Counted from the first letter of the stretch, positions 1 through 11,430 are shown. The stretch: 64,000 nt of DNA from Eledone cirrhosa (GCA_964016885.1 OZ024742.1:234856001-234920000), one strand, 5' to 3'. The notes: generated by a model from the sequence alone, not told the origin. Translations and numbers: made by a program.

Positions 1-690
1 TGAAGGTGGAAGACTTACGTAGATTAGAGAGAAACGAAGCCTGCATGCTCCGATGGATGTGCAATAGTAATATACGCGAACGACAAAGCATAAATGAATT
101 GAGAGAGAGACTGAGCATAAGAGGAATCAAATGCTGTGTGCAGGAGAGGCGGATGCGTTGGTATGGACATGTGATGCGTATGAAGGATGACAGCTGCATA
201 AAAAGGTGCAGAGCACTAGAAGTCGATGGAAACCGCGGAGTGGGGAGACCCAAGATGACCTGGGATGAGGTGATAAAAGCCGACCTTACCCAATTACACC
301 TCTCAAAGGCGATGACACACGACCGTGACCTCTGGCGTCACACAGTAATACAGAGTACCCGACCTCCCATGGGTACAAGCTGAAGCATATAGACAATATG
401 CCCCCACACCCTCCCACTGCAAGGTGATCGTGGAGGTGCCACGGCAAAAAAGCACCCAGCCCACACTGTAAAGTGGACGTGTAGGCGCCACGAAAAAGCA
501 CCCAGCACTCACTGTAAATGAGGTTGGTGTTAGGAAGGGCATCCAGCTGTAGAAATCAAGCCAAATCAATTCCTGTATGAGCAAGGCATGGTCAGCCGAC
601 AAGACACTGCCCACAACAGGACAACCCGTCTAACCCATGCTAGCGTGGAAGAACGGACGTAAAACGGTGATGATGATGATGATGATGATG
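1..690 (+). mobile_element. RTE-clade LINE 3' end (ORF2 C-terminus, 3'UTR, (TGA)n tail)
   Basis: ORF 6-383 contains RRMRWYGHVMRM and RGVGRPKMTW, homologous to the C-terminus of the 42503-45523 ORF. The 3'UTR has GGTTGGTGTTAGGAAGGGCATCCAGC and ends in GATGATGAT. Confidence 0.92.
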
Positions 691-2146
691 AAGAACTCAT
701 GACCATGAGGTTGCAAAGCAAACTTTTTAAACACACCATCATGTCTCTACCTACAGTTTATATAGTAATATTAATTACTGTAAATCTTTCCACTAACCCC
801 AAAGTTTATAACAAACAATTCTTCTGTTCTATGTAGTGCTGAATTAAGTCCTTTTGAAGCCCTAAGCACTAAGATTATGGTGGCCCTCATATATAAAGTC
901 AGCAAAAACAAAAAAAAATCTGTTTCCATCTCAGAGCAAGTATTTATTAATGCCTTTGGTGTAAACAGATGTGATATATATATCTTTTTTTCTCTCTTAA
1001 TATTTATATCTAGAAATAGAATTATTGTATCACTAAGAGTTTTATTTAGAATATTCTGAATAAAAAATTTTAGGACAGAGTCTTTTTCTAAGTGATCTTT
1101 TAATCTATTCAAGCAGTACATTTAACCCTCTTGTTACTAACTCAGTCAAAACTCGCTCTGGTTCAATGCAAGGTTTATATATGGCTACCCCATATATAAA
1201 GTTTGCCAAAAACAGTTTTGTGGGGAGATTGGAATGACAAATAGATTTCATTTGAATAAAATGAAGCCCTTCTTTTCTTGATGCCCTAAGTATGTGTTTA
1301 TTTTGTTCCCCTGTTAATCCAGCCTTGCCTTTATGTAATGTTCATCTATCAGACCCTTGTTCTCCACTTTGATAAACTGTGGCATGTAGAATTAAGCACC
1401 TTGCTACAGATAAAATGAAACACTTTGATATAAACCAATGAGCTCATAAGCCATCTGCAAGCAGTTCAATACTTTTTATCCATTCAGTCACTTTACTCTT
1501 ATTTGCAATGAATTACTTTATAATAGAAAATGAATGCATGTTATTAAAAACTAGTGGACCAGTGCTGTCAATAACATTAAATGTATTCAAATTTTGGAGT
1601 CCAGAATTCATATGCCAATATATACCAGGATTACTGGTTATATGAACAACCATAAAGATAGTAAATTTGTATTTCAATAAATTTATCATTTGCATAAGAG
1701 AAATACTATAGTTTATGTTGATTACTGCCATGTGGAAGTGATTGAAAATAAAAATGATATCCTAATAATTTATTTCCAGGATATAATTACATAAATTTTC
1801 AGCATGCATGTACAAATGTATGAGTAACTTTAGAAACATAATATTTGCAGAGACAAATGTAGAATTAGAACCCAGGACCTTGTGATTGAATAGCTTACTT
1901 CTTATTGTAACAACATAACTAAGACAGGAAATGTACTGTGCGTATGTGTGTGTACGCTTATGTGTGTAAATTTTAAACAGCATGAATATACAAATACAAG
2001 TGGCATATTATTATGGTTGAATATATATTGCAATGAAGCTAATGACTTCATCTTTATTTACATCCATTTGGTTATCAAAGACATAACTGGATTTTTATTT
2101 TTATATGTGAAGCCTGATATGATGATGAATGGTTAAATTGCTGGAC

Positions 2147-2515
2147 TACCGTATATACTCAAATACAAGCCAATCCGAATATAAACCAAGCCCCTATTTT
2201 ATGTCTGAGACATGGGCAAAAGTCCAAACCCCATGTTTTAAGCTGAAGCAGCTAATCAACACATTATATTTAGAAGGAGCAGTCTTGAAATTCTCTTTAG
2301 TGGAGAATATATTTTTGAAGTTTTAATATTTTGATATTTAAAATGTAGTTCCCAAAGTGGGTTCTGCAGAACACAAATAGTGCCTGAGGTTCCATGAAAA
2401 AAGTAGAGGAGTATATTTATATTATGACCATATAACAGTATTAGACTTTGGGGTTCCTCCAAAAGTTTCTGAACCAAAAAGGGATCTGTGTGTGAAAAAG
2501 TTTGGGAAATCCTGA
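2147..2515. mobile_element. Decayed DNA-transposon remnants (TcMar/pogo-like end plus hAT-like MITE)
   Basis: TACCGTATATACTC at 2147 resembles pogo-type termini. TAGTTCCCAAAGTGGG (~2346) and AAAAAGTTTGGGAAATCCTG (~2514) resemble hAT-Charlie MITE ends. Confidence 0.35.
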
Positions 2516-3563
2516 TATAGAGTATAGTTTTTGTTTCACAACTTCATTATGTAATGATTTTTTTAAATCAATTTCTGACCATTTTAAAGGCAATATTCAT
2601 TCAAAACAATAGAAAAAACGAATTGCATGTCAAAAGTGAAACCGGTGTAATATTCACCTTCAAAGCGACAATATTTTAGCACTTAGAAGTTGGTGAAAAC
2701 TGGCAAAATATTAACCTCAAATATAAGCCAACCATCTCCCATTTTACCATTTTTATGTAAGAACATTTGTTTAGTTATGTATCAAATGCTAGATAAATAA
2801 TGAGAAAGTTAGTTATATTACTTAAATCCCTCCAAACCGTTGATAATTTGAAGATCATAGGTAATGCCTTTCATTAGCAATATAGTTAGGAAAGTGTTAA
2901 TCCTCAATTAATGCCTGATTGGGACTAAGATGGTCATCCAGATATAAACAACCATTACTTCAGATTCCAACATGTAAAAATCCCCACATTACATATGTGT
3001 AGTGATTTAGACATTTTGGAATATTTGAATCATTGAAACAACAATATATCCTTTAATGAGGCAACTCCTCCTGCATCATGAACCCAGTTCTTAACAGCTT
3101 GATAAATTGAAGATGTTACATACAATAAGCATCTTCCTTCTTATTCCAGATTTCATAACTCAACAGCTTATTTACATATTAACATGAGATATTAGCTGCC
3201 ATAGCCACATGCATATGCACAAATTACTGTACAAAACATATTCCTTGCCTGGGAAGAGACAACCAAAAACAATTTACATTTAGAGATGAGTAGCAGGACA
3301 TTAAGGAAACCATCTATGTATGGAAGAAAGGTGGTTGTGTGATGTTATGAACATCTGCCGGAAAACAAAGCACCAAATGCTGGCAGTGGAAGGCCAAGGA
3401 AGGCATGGAAAAAGAAGCAAGGTTGGATCTCATGATGTTAGTTGAGATAAAACAAAATTTACAGAAATTATTTTAAATGGGTGTTATGGTGATGAAGATG
3501 ATGTTAACCCTTAACAAAACTAACTTATCTTCACACAATTGATTAAAGCAGAAAACAACTTAC

Positions 3564-3735
3564 TATCATGGTAATTCTCGAATGAATTTTGTCTGTGAAG
3601 TTTAGAGAATTCAGAGCTATATCTGCTTGAAACAGGTATTTGGCTACCAGAATTTTCTTCTCCAGTTTCCTCCCTCCTTTGTCGAACAGGTTTCTCGCTC
3701 TGTCCAACTTGTCTCTTGCAACTGGAGGATGACTT
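3564..3735 (-). CDS. GPBP1: Vasculin-family gene, second coding exon (172 nt)
   Basis: Acceptor ttttttgcAG and donor GTAAGT. Open in phase 0 after the 7657-7728 exon: KSSSSCKRQVGQSEKPVRQRREE...SKLHRQNSFENYHD, loosely similar to the RRRHNSSDGFD segment of vasculin. No further exon found to the left within the window. Confidence 0.78.
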
Positions 3736-4492
3736 CTGCAAAAAATTACCAAATTTAATTAGAAATCATTTAGAGAACAATATTATCAAATTGGCAGAGA
3801 AGAAAGGAGCAAGAATGTAGTTAGAGAGATAGATGAGACAAAAAATAGAGAGCAACAAGACAACAACAGGACATATACAGATGAGCGGGAGAAAGAGAAT
3901 GACCAAACAGACCATAAGTCAAATACAAAGAGCATACAAAATTGTATCTTATAACCAAATAGAAAGAGCAGACATATGCAACCAACTATTTGACTGTAAT
4001 TTATGTTTTTATGATCTGTTAAAGTTGTAATTTCATTTCGATGTTAGTTATAAATTGAAGCAATCCTATTTGGCCTGAGACCCTCCATACTAAGTTATAC
4101 ACTTATGGGATCTGTATGTCTCTCATTTTTTATATAGTAGTTTCCTGTTAGATTGCCGCATTGACAGAGCTTTCTCTATCCCACATTCGATTTTCTTTTG
4201 TATGTCTTAGGGCTTGGTTATGTCTCTCATACCTTCTTTTTCTACATTGTCCCTTGTAACAACACACACTACTACACAGATGATACCACTCATCACTCCT
4301 CAATTTTCTGAGCAACCAGCCTCACTAACATGCAACCACAACACCTCACAACAAACATGGATGCTTACTGCCGACATCAAAAACATCTTCCAAGGAGACT
4401 AGACAATCTAGTCTCCTTCAACAGTGTGAAAAATGCAATCCCTATATATATATATATATGAATAAAATAGCGGGCTGTGTGGTTACAAATAA

Positions 4493-5021
4493 ATATAATG
4501 AAAATAAAGTTACAGGCGAAAGAGGGTAATATCCATCGTCAGTTGTCTGCTAGGAATCATAGGTATTTCTTCGCGTTAGAGACAAGATACCCTAGACTGC
4601 TTACAGTGGCGGATGGGGGAGGAAGTGGGCTAGCGGAGAGAGGGAGTGAGTGAAAGTAAGAGGAAGCGAAAGAGATAGTTATAGTGGCAGGCTAGCCGAG
4701 AGAAGGTGACTAGCAGAGGGGGTCAGCGAAAGTAAGAGGGAGAAGAGAGAAGGGGGAGAGAGAGAATAGCAACAAGGGGAGAGATCGAAAAGAGTTGTTG
4801 ACTTGACATTTTTCCTCTCTTTACGTTGCTTCACCCTTCGTGTCTGTTTACATTTTTTTCTCTCTCTCCCTTCTTTTTTTATCCCAATAACTTATTTTAG
4901 TTATTGCTCGCCTTAGGCTGAGGTATCTTGTCTCTAACGCGAAGAAATACTTATGATTCCTAGCAGACAACTGATGATGGATATTACCCTCTTTCGCCTG
5001 TAACTTTTATTTTCATTATAT
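4493..5021. mobile_element. Long inverted-repeat (fold-back) element, MITE-like or PLE pLTR hairpin
   Basis: Arms of ~99 bp at 4493-4591 and 4922-5021 are nearly perfect reverse complements, with a GA/CT-rich spacer and TA-rich flanks. Confidence 0.75.
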
Positions 5022-5025
5022 ATAA

Positions 5026-5356
5026 CATTTCATTTTACGTCCGCTTTTTCCCTGCTTGTAAGGGTGGGACGGGAACTGATTCTGGCTTGATTTCTACAGC
5101 TGGATGCCCTTCCTAACACCAACCTCATTTACAGTGAGTGCTGGGTGCTTTTTTGTCGTGGCACCTGCACGACCACTTTACAGTGGAATGATATGGACCC
5201 CAGTCCCTATCATCTCATTTCTACAGCTGAGTAAACTGGAGCAATGTGAAATAAAGTGTCTTGCTCAAGGAAACAACACATCACCCGGTCTGAGAATTGA
5301 ACTCACAACCTTTCGATTGCAAGGCCAATGCTCTAACCACTAAGCCATGTGCCTCC
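5026..5356 (-). mobile_element. tRNA-derived SINE (family B) with RTE-derived 3' tail
   Basis: Head has A-box TGGCTTAGTGG and B-box GAGTTCAATTC. Core TCCTTGAGCAAGACACTT. Tail matches the RTE 3'UTR at ~410-563. Second copy at 61979-62312. Confidence 0.88.
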
Positions 5357-5378
5357 ATATATATATATATATATATAT

Positions 5379-5911
5379 CATCATCATCATCATCAACGTT
5401 TAACGTCCATGTTCCAAACTTGCATGGGTTTGGACGGGGGTTTTCCCACTTGAGGCAAGAGTGATTGTCTTGCTCACATAGGACTATCTGGCGGGTTTTC
5501 TACAGCTGGATGCCCTTCCTAACACCAACCACATTTACAGTGTGGGGCTGGGATGTTTTTACCGTGTTGCCTACACGGCCACATTACAGCGTGAACTGTG
5601 TGTTTTTTTGACGTGACACCTACACGATCTCATTTGTTTCGGCCTGGATGTTGTGGCACCAACATAACTTTACATTGAAAGGGGCGGTGTGGATGGGGTG
5701 GGGGTGGTGGGACGGGGGTGTATTTTGTTAGAGATGCCTACTGACTGTAGTAGGTTTTACTTTGTATTTAGGTAAGGCGGGTCTTCTCTATTACTGAGTA
5801 CCGCCAAAGGTCTCGGTCCAGTGACATTGTCTTGGTGAGGTGTAAGTGTGTGAGGTCGGAATTTATCAGCTCGTCCCAGGTTTTTCTGGGTCTGCCTATT
5901 CCGTGGCTACC

Positions 5912-5916
<5 letters not shown>
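5379..5916 (-). mobile_element. 5'-truncated RTE LINE (same family as 41993-45545)
   Basis: Near-identical to the 3' ends of the 10151 and 41993 copies. (CAT)n tail, (TA)n on both sides. Confidence 0.92.
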
Positions 5917-5951
<35 letters not shown>

Positions 5952-6229
5952 GAAACATTCTTGAATCATTCTAACTTCTCTATGTAAGAACACACAGCTA
6001 AAACCTTCAAGTTCCACAAAAATGCTAAATTCACAATCTTTGATGATCGCACATGGTTTCAGGACGGTACAGCATGTGTACCTAATGAGTATTTCTGTAG
6101 CTTTCACTGACCACATTCAAACCTCCCCGTAAATTACTAGAGCTAAGCTGGATAATATTAGTAGTGTCGTTAGCTAAGGCATGTCCCCACCCCCAAAAAA
6201 GAAAAAGCACACTAAGAATTTTTTAGAGT

Positions 6230-6740
6230 TATCATCATCACTGTTTAACATTTATTTTTCCATGAGTTAGACGAGTTGTTTCATTGTGAGACAAGTCAGA
6301 TCAGATGCCCATGTCTTGTTCATACAGAACTGTTTTTGGTTTGGTTTCCAGGGCCGAATGCCCTTCCTCATACCAACCACATTTACAGCATTGACTGAGT
6401 GCTTTTTATCGTGGCCGCTCCAAAATGACCAACTGACAGGTTGGACCGGGTGCTTTTTGTTGTGTCACCAACAAGACCACCTTACTGGATGGGCCGAGTG
6501 CTTTATGTCGTGTCACCAACACAGCCCCTTACAGGGTGGGTTGGGTGATTTTCATGTCACCAGCATGACTACCTTACAGAGTAGACTGGGTGCTCTTTTG
6601 ACCAGCATGAGCATCTTCATGGTGGACTGGGGGGCTTTTGTTGTCACCAGCATGACTATCTTACAGGGTGAACTGGGAGCTTTTAGCCATTTCAGCAACA
6701 TTGTTGAGGAGCATGTCCAGCTTTCCCTGCTTGTAAGCAT
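6230..6740 (-). mobile_element. Older RTE-type 3'UTR with degenerate internal tandem repeats
   Basis: CATCATCA tail, GCCCTTCCT..ACCAACCAC motif and repeated GTCACCAGCATGAC..TTACAG..GGACTGG units. Confidence 0.6.
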
Positions 6741-7397
6741 GGGTTGGGCAAGAGAGGTGTATCAGATGTGGAAAGTGGGTGTGGGGTAGGGTATGGTGCA
6801 TGTATGAAAGATGGAGATTGGAGAGGTAGGTCTAAGGTGGAGTACTTAGGTGGAGTGTTAAGATGTGGAAGGTGTGTGTTAGAGGAGAGAAAACAGTGAT
6901 ATAGTGCAAGGTGTTGCTTGGAAAGGAGATGGACCAATGTTAGTTACAACATACAAAATAAACTTATTCACACATTTGGTTCACATGCTTAAACTGTATG
7001 TCAGGTGAGTAACAAGAAGTGTTTGACAGACAAAGAATATCTTGTTTCAGAAACCCTGTCTGGTGGTAGTGATGGAGCCATGATAAAATATTCTAAATAC
7101 ACCCTTTAAGGTGGCAGAGCTGGGAACAATAAAATGCACTCAGTACATGCTATAAAGTAGTTGGTATTAAGAAGGGTATCCAGCCATAGAAACAAAGCCA
7201 AAAATGGAATGTATGAGCAAGACATGGTCCTCTGACCTGTCATACTTCAGAATGTAACAATCTGTCTAGCTCATGTAAACATGGAAAATAGATGTTAAAT
7301 AGGGAGGATGATGAAGAAGAAATCAAACCACTACTTTATTAGGGAAAAATGGTCTTAAAACACTTGTTATGTATTCAAAGTAAAAGACACTTCTTTG

Positions 7398-7580
7398 GAT
7401 TGGCAGTATCAGTAGAGGGTCGGACACCATGCTTTCCAGCATAGTTACGTCCCTTTATGATCTGAGTTCAAATCCCGCCAAGGTTGACTTTGTCTTTCAT
7501 TCTTACGGGGTCGATAAAATAAAGTACCAGTAATGCACTGGGTAATTGCTGGTCTTGTGCCTAAAGTAGAAACAATTATT
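7398..7580 (+). mobile_element. tRNA-derived SINE (family A)
   Basis: TTGGCAGTATC head, B-box GAGTTCAAATCC, core CTTTCATYCTTACGGGGTCGATAAAATAAAGTACCAG, end GAAACAATTAT. At least 8 copies in the window. Confidence 0.9.
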
Positions 7581-7656
7581 GCCCATAAAGATCCAGCAGT
7601 CAACCACTTTTGACACTTCAATGCCTTCAATACAATCAAATAATCATTATACTCAC

Positions 7657-7728
7657 AAGATTCTCTTGAGAGGGAATCTTAAGCCAAGATGGAGCAAAGT
7701 CATGCCTTGGCACGTTACTAGTTGCCAT
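7657..7728 (-). CDS. GPBP1: Vasculin / GC-rich promoter binding protein 1 family gene, first coding exon (whole exon 7657-7763)
   Basis: Translates MATSNVPRHDFAPSWLKIPSQENL, matching the vasculin N-terminal motif (human GPBP1 MAQHDFAPAWLNFP). Strong acceptor (ttttttttattttttAG) and donor GTGAGT, phase 0. Probably co-orthologous to GPBP1 and GPBP1L1. Confidence 0.87.
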
Positions 7729-7748
7729 CAGAGAGCAGCAGTCAGCAT
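7728..7748 (-). promoter_or_regulatory. uORF MLTAAL* overlapping the main start codon (TGATG)
   Basis: ATG CTG ACT GCT GCT CTC TGA lies within exon 7657-7763. The A of TGA is the A of the main ATG. Confidence 0.6.
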
Positions 7749-7872
7749 GTTGCACAGTTAGTCCTAAAAAATAAAAAAAAGATGAAAGAAAACAAGTCAA
7801 TAAAAGATTGATTGATAAAATTTTTAATGCAATAGGTTATATGTCAGTTATTCATCAATAAATATTCATTAA

Positions 7873-8120
7873 CCTTTTCAATATCAAACTGCATGGAATT
7901 GCCCTTGGTTCTGATACTAAGCTATTTATTTTTAAATGTTTATACATATCTAAAAACCTATCATAATTTTATGTAAGAATCTAATGTTATGTTCCAAACA
8001 CCAGTTTAAGTAACAAGAAAGTTAGTTAAATTACTATATCCCTCCAAATTCTTGATTATTTTCAAAATGATTTGAAGCACATAGGCAGTATCTTTTGCTA
8101 GAAATATGGTAACTAAAAGG
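7873..8120. mobile_element. TTAA-flanked MITE (piggyBac-like)
   Basis: TTAA|CCTTTT...AAAAGG|TTAA. A related internal sequence occurs at ~2745-2900. Confidence 0.6.
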
Positions 8121-8514
8121 TTAATTTGATAAATTATTAAATTTCCTTTTTAAGTATCAGAAAAAAAAAACTTTTAACACATGCTATGTTTTAACTTTTT
8201 TTAAATACACACCTGCTAAAATATATTTAAATTGCTTTGAACATAAAGATTGTACAAAGTGAATGTAAGGGAACATAACCAAACATTACATGGTATTTTA
8301 TCTGCCACATACAAACATATTTACTGTTTAAAGAAAAATATAAAATTCTTACGATACAGAAAAATAAAGTGAAAAATATATTGAATGAGAGACACAATGA
8401 CAGTAAGATTAAGGTGCTGGAATACTTGACTATATAGTCATATCTTACAACATTCATTATAAAATGCCTGAGAGTAAAATATATATATTTCCTTACTGCA
8501 ATTTGCTTGATTTT

Positions 8515-8574
<60 letters not shown>

Positions 8575-9777
8575 AACACAGAAGCAAGTGGGGTGAAGCT
8601 TCCATTTCCACTTCATTGTTAAATGGTTAAAAGTAGAAAGACACCCAGGTGTCAAAAGCCCACTCCCATTTCAGCAATAATGAAAAACAGTAAGACTGAT
8701 TGATAAAATGTTTGATGCAATAGGTTATATGTCAGAAAATTTTTAATAGAATGTGCTTATTATTAAACAAAATTTTCTAGATAAATGGAAAAACTTTAAT
8801 GCTGCGTTTTATGTGTTATCTGGTGTTTTTAAACAGCAGCTGTATAAGCAGATCACTTATATGTAATATTATTCAATAATAAATTTATTTAGAGATGCCA
8901 TTAATTCATTCATTTCATTTCTTTGAAGTAAGCATTTAGGCTTTCTATTGAAATTATATGAAAATAAACCCTGTATGAAAAGTCAATTTTCAAATCAGAT
9001 TTAAAAAAAGAAATCAATGTTTTATTTAGAAACTGATTTCAAGTGAATTTCAAACGAATTGTAGAAACAAATCCAGAAATTTCTAAAACTCAATACAGGA
9101 AAGACAGTGCAGCACTTTCTTGTATGTGTGCAGCAAGAGAAATTTATCTAAATTGCATGTTGAAACTAATATTATGAGAGATGTTCAACAAAAGACTCCA
9201 GTGTAATTAACTATAAAAAAAAGAATTAAAAAAGTAAGGAAATTTTCATTGAACTTTGGTTTATATCTGATTAAGTTTCTTCACAAGTGTAAAATTGAGA
9301 TTGAGTAGAATAAAAAAAATGTTGGTGTTGCACTTGTCTGGTAAAGGATTTGATCTGAGATCATGTGTTGAAATTGAAACTGTATTGTAAACCATTTAAA
9401 CCAATATATTAACTTTTCTTTTCTTTTAAAAAAGTATTATATAGAATTAAGTATCAAAAAACCTTTATGACTTTTTCACTGATATAGCACTGTATTTCAA
9501 AATAATAATTAAAAAATTAAACAAAAATGTTCAATGATTTTGAATTTATAAATTCTACAAATAATTCAAAATCAACAAAAATAATTTACCAACTGTGAAC
9601 AATTTTTAATTGAAAAAGTTGATTAAAGCAGAAATTGTAATAGCTCTCTCTCTCATATATATAAGCAGAAGGGATATTCAATTTGTTGGTAATTCAACAA
9701 ATATAAATGTTTATAACTGATTCAGAGCACTCGACAGGTTTTCTAATAAATGGAAACTATATTTATAAAACCATATT

Positions 9778-9838
9778 TATTCTATTATATATATTTCAAG
9801 GGTACCAAAACTTTGGTACGCTTTCATCAGATAAAATA
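9778..9838 (-). ncRNA. Type I minimal hammerhead ribozyme motif (HH1)
   Basis: UAUUUUAU-CUGAUGA-AAGCGUACCAAA GU UUUGGUACCCUU-GAAA-UAUAUA-UA^AUAGAAUA. Intact core, stems I and II, self-complementary stem III. Confidence 0.78.
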
Positions 9839-9971
9839 CAAAGTGTGTTTTATAAATTCTGACATAGCCAAGGAACATACCTTAAAGGTTGAAGTTTTCC
9901 TTGGATAGGAATATATATATATATATATATACGATATTAACAAATGGAAACTTTATTTATAAAACCATATT

Positions 9972-10036
9972 TATTTTATTATACATATTTCAAGGACACC
10001 ACGTTAAATTATGGTGTGCTTTCATCAGACAAAATA
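9972..10036 (-). ncRNA. Type I minimal hammerhead ribozyme motif (HH2)
   Basis: UAUUUUGU-CUGAUGA-AAGCACACCAU AAUUUAAC GUGGUGUCCUU-GAAA-UAUGUA-UA^AUAAAAUA. Compensatory stem II changes relative to HH1. Confidence 0.78.
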
Positions 10037-10150
10037 TAATATTGTATATTTACTCCAAATACTTGTTGAGTGCTTTATATCAGTTATAAAATTATTTGCT
10101 TGTTGTATCACAACATTTTAAATAGAACTTTTGCATATATATATATATAT

Positions 10151-11245
10151 CATCATCATCATCGTTTAACATCCATGTTCCACGCTTGCATGGGTTTGAA
10201 CGGGAGTTTTCCCACTTGAGGCAAGAGTGGTTGTCTTGCTCGCATAGGACTGTCTGGCGGGTTTTCTACAGCTGGATGCCCTTCCTAACACCAACCACAT
10301 TTACAGTGTGGGGCTGGGAGGTTTTTACTGTGTTACCTACACGGCCACATTACAGTGTGGACTGTGTGTTTTTTTGTTGTGACACCTACACAATCTCATT
10401 TGTTTCGGCCTGGATGTTGTGGCACCAACATAACTTTACATTGAAAGGGGCGGTGTGGATGGGGTGGGGGTGGTGGGACGGGGGTGTATTTTGTTAGAGA
10501 TGCCTACTGACTGTAGTAGGTTTTACTTTGTATTTAGGTAAGGCGGGTCTTCTCTATTACTGAGTACCGCCAAAGGTCTCGGTCCAGTGACATTGTCTTG
10601 GTGAGGTGTAAGTGTGTGAGGTCGGAATTTATCAGCTCGTCCCAGGTTTTTCTGGGTCTGCCTACTCCGTGGCTACCGTCTATCTTTATTGCCCTGCACT
10701 TTTTTATACAGCTGTCGTCTTTCATGCGCATCACGTGACCATACCAACGTAGCCTTCTCTCGAGTAAACAACATCTGATCCCTCTTATTTCTAATTTTTC
10801 CCTTAGTTTGTTTATGCTTTGCCGTTCACGTATATTACTATTACACATCCAACGGAGCATGCAGGCTTCGTTCCTCTCTAGTCTGCGTATATCCTCTGCA
10901 CACAATGCCCAGGTCTCACTGCCATGCAACATTGCTGTTCGTATGCAGGCATCATACAACCTGCCTTTCATTTTTAGGGAGAACCCTTTAGCGGCTAATA
11001 GTGGTATAAGCTCTCTGAACTTTTTCCATCCAGTTCTAACTCTAGCTACTGTACTTTCAGAGCACCCTCCCCCACTGCTGATTTTGTCACCCAGGTAACG
11101 GAAGCTGTCCACTATTTCTATAGAACCCTCTGCGCAATTGAAAGAGCTAGTATTTTGTGGGCCCTTGCTGCTACTTATTGCACCAGAGCACCGGCCACAT
11201 GTAAAATCTATGTTCTTAGTTAGCTTACCTGTGATCCCACTACAT
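10151..11245 (-). mobile_element. 5'-truncated RTE LINE
   Basis: Encodes CSGITGKL...VDSFRYLG...EKTRLT*, nearly identical to the 42503 ORF end. Has the 3'UTR and (CAT)n tail. Confidence 0.93.
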
Positions 11246-11430
11246 ATAATTGTTTCTACGTTTGGCACAAGGCCAGCAATTACCCAGTGCATTACTGGTA
11301 CTTTATTTTATCGACCCCGTAAGGATGAAAGGCAAAGTTAACCTCGGCGTGATTTGAACTCAGATTGGCAAGGACCGTAACTCTATGCGTCAAAGCATGG
11401 CGTCCGACTCTCTACCGATACTGCCAATCT
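11246..11430 (-). mobile_element. SINE family A
   Basis: Reverse-complement match to 7398-7580. Confidence 0.9.

Larger units (their letters stand above)
9660..10130 (-). mobile_element. Two adjacent copies of a hammerhead-bearing repeat (PLE pLTR or retrozyme-like)
   Basis: Units at ~9660-9870 and ~9932-10130 share AAATGGAAACT.TATTTATAAAACCATATTTA. The second carries an inverted flank segment (10040-10130). Third copy at 61735-61972. Confidence 0.75.

Noticed and set aside
3543-3752. Alternative reading frame (SHPPVARDKLDRARN...) over the second coding exon
   Set aside because: The upstream exon ends in phase 0, which selects the KSSSSCK frame.
5270-5356. tRNA gene (also at 34310-34393 and 61979-62040)
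   Set aside because: A and B boxes are present, but there is no proper acceptor stem and the sequence runs into a SINE core and tail.
7835-7860. C/D box snoRNA (TGATGA...CTGA on the minus strand)
   Set aside because: The boxes are only 4 nt apart, with no guide region or terminal stem.
10534-11430. SINE-LINE template-switch chimera and its 252-aa ORF
   Set aside because: More simply an RTE inserted into the (TA)n after a SINE tail. The ORF's N-terminus is fortuitous SINE sequence.
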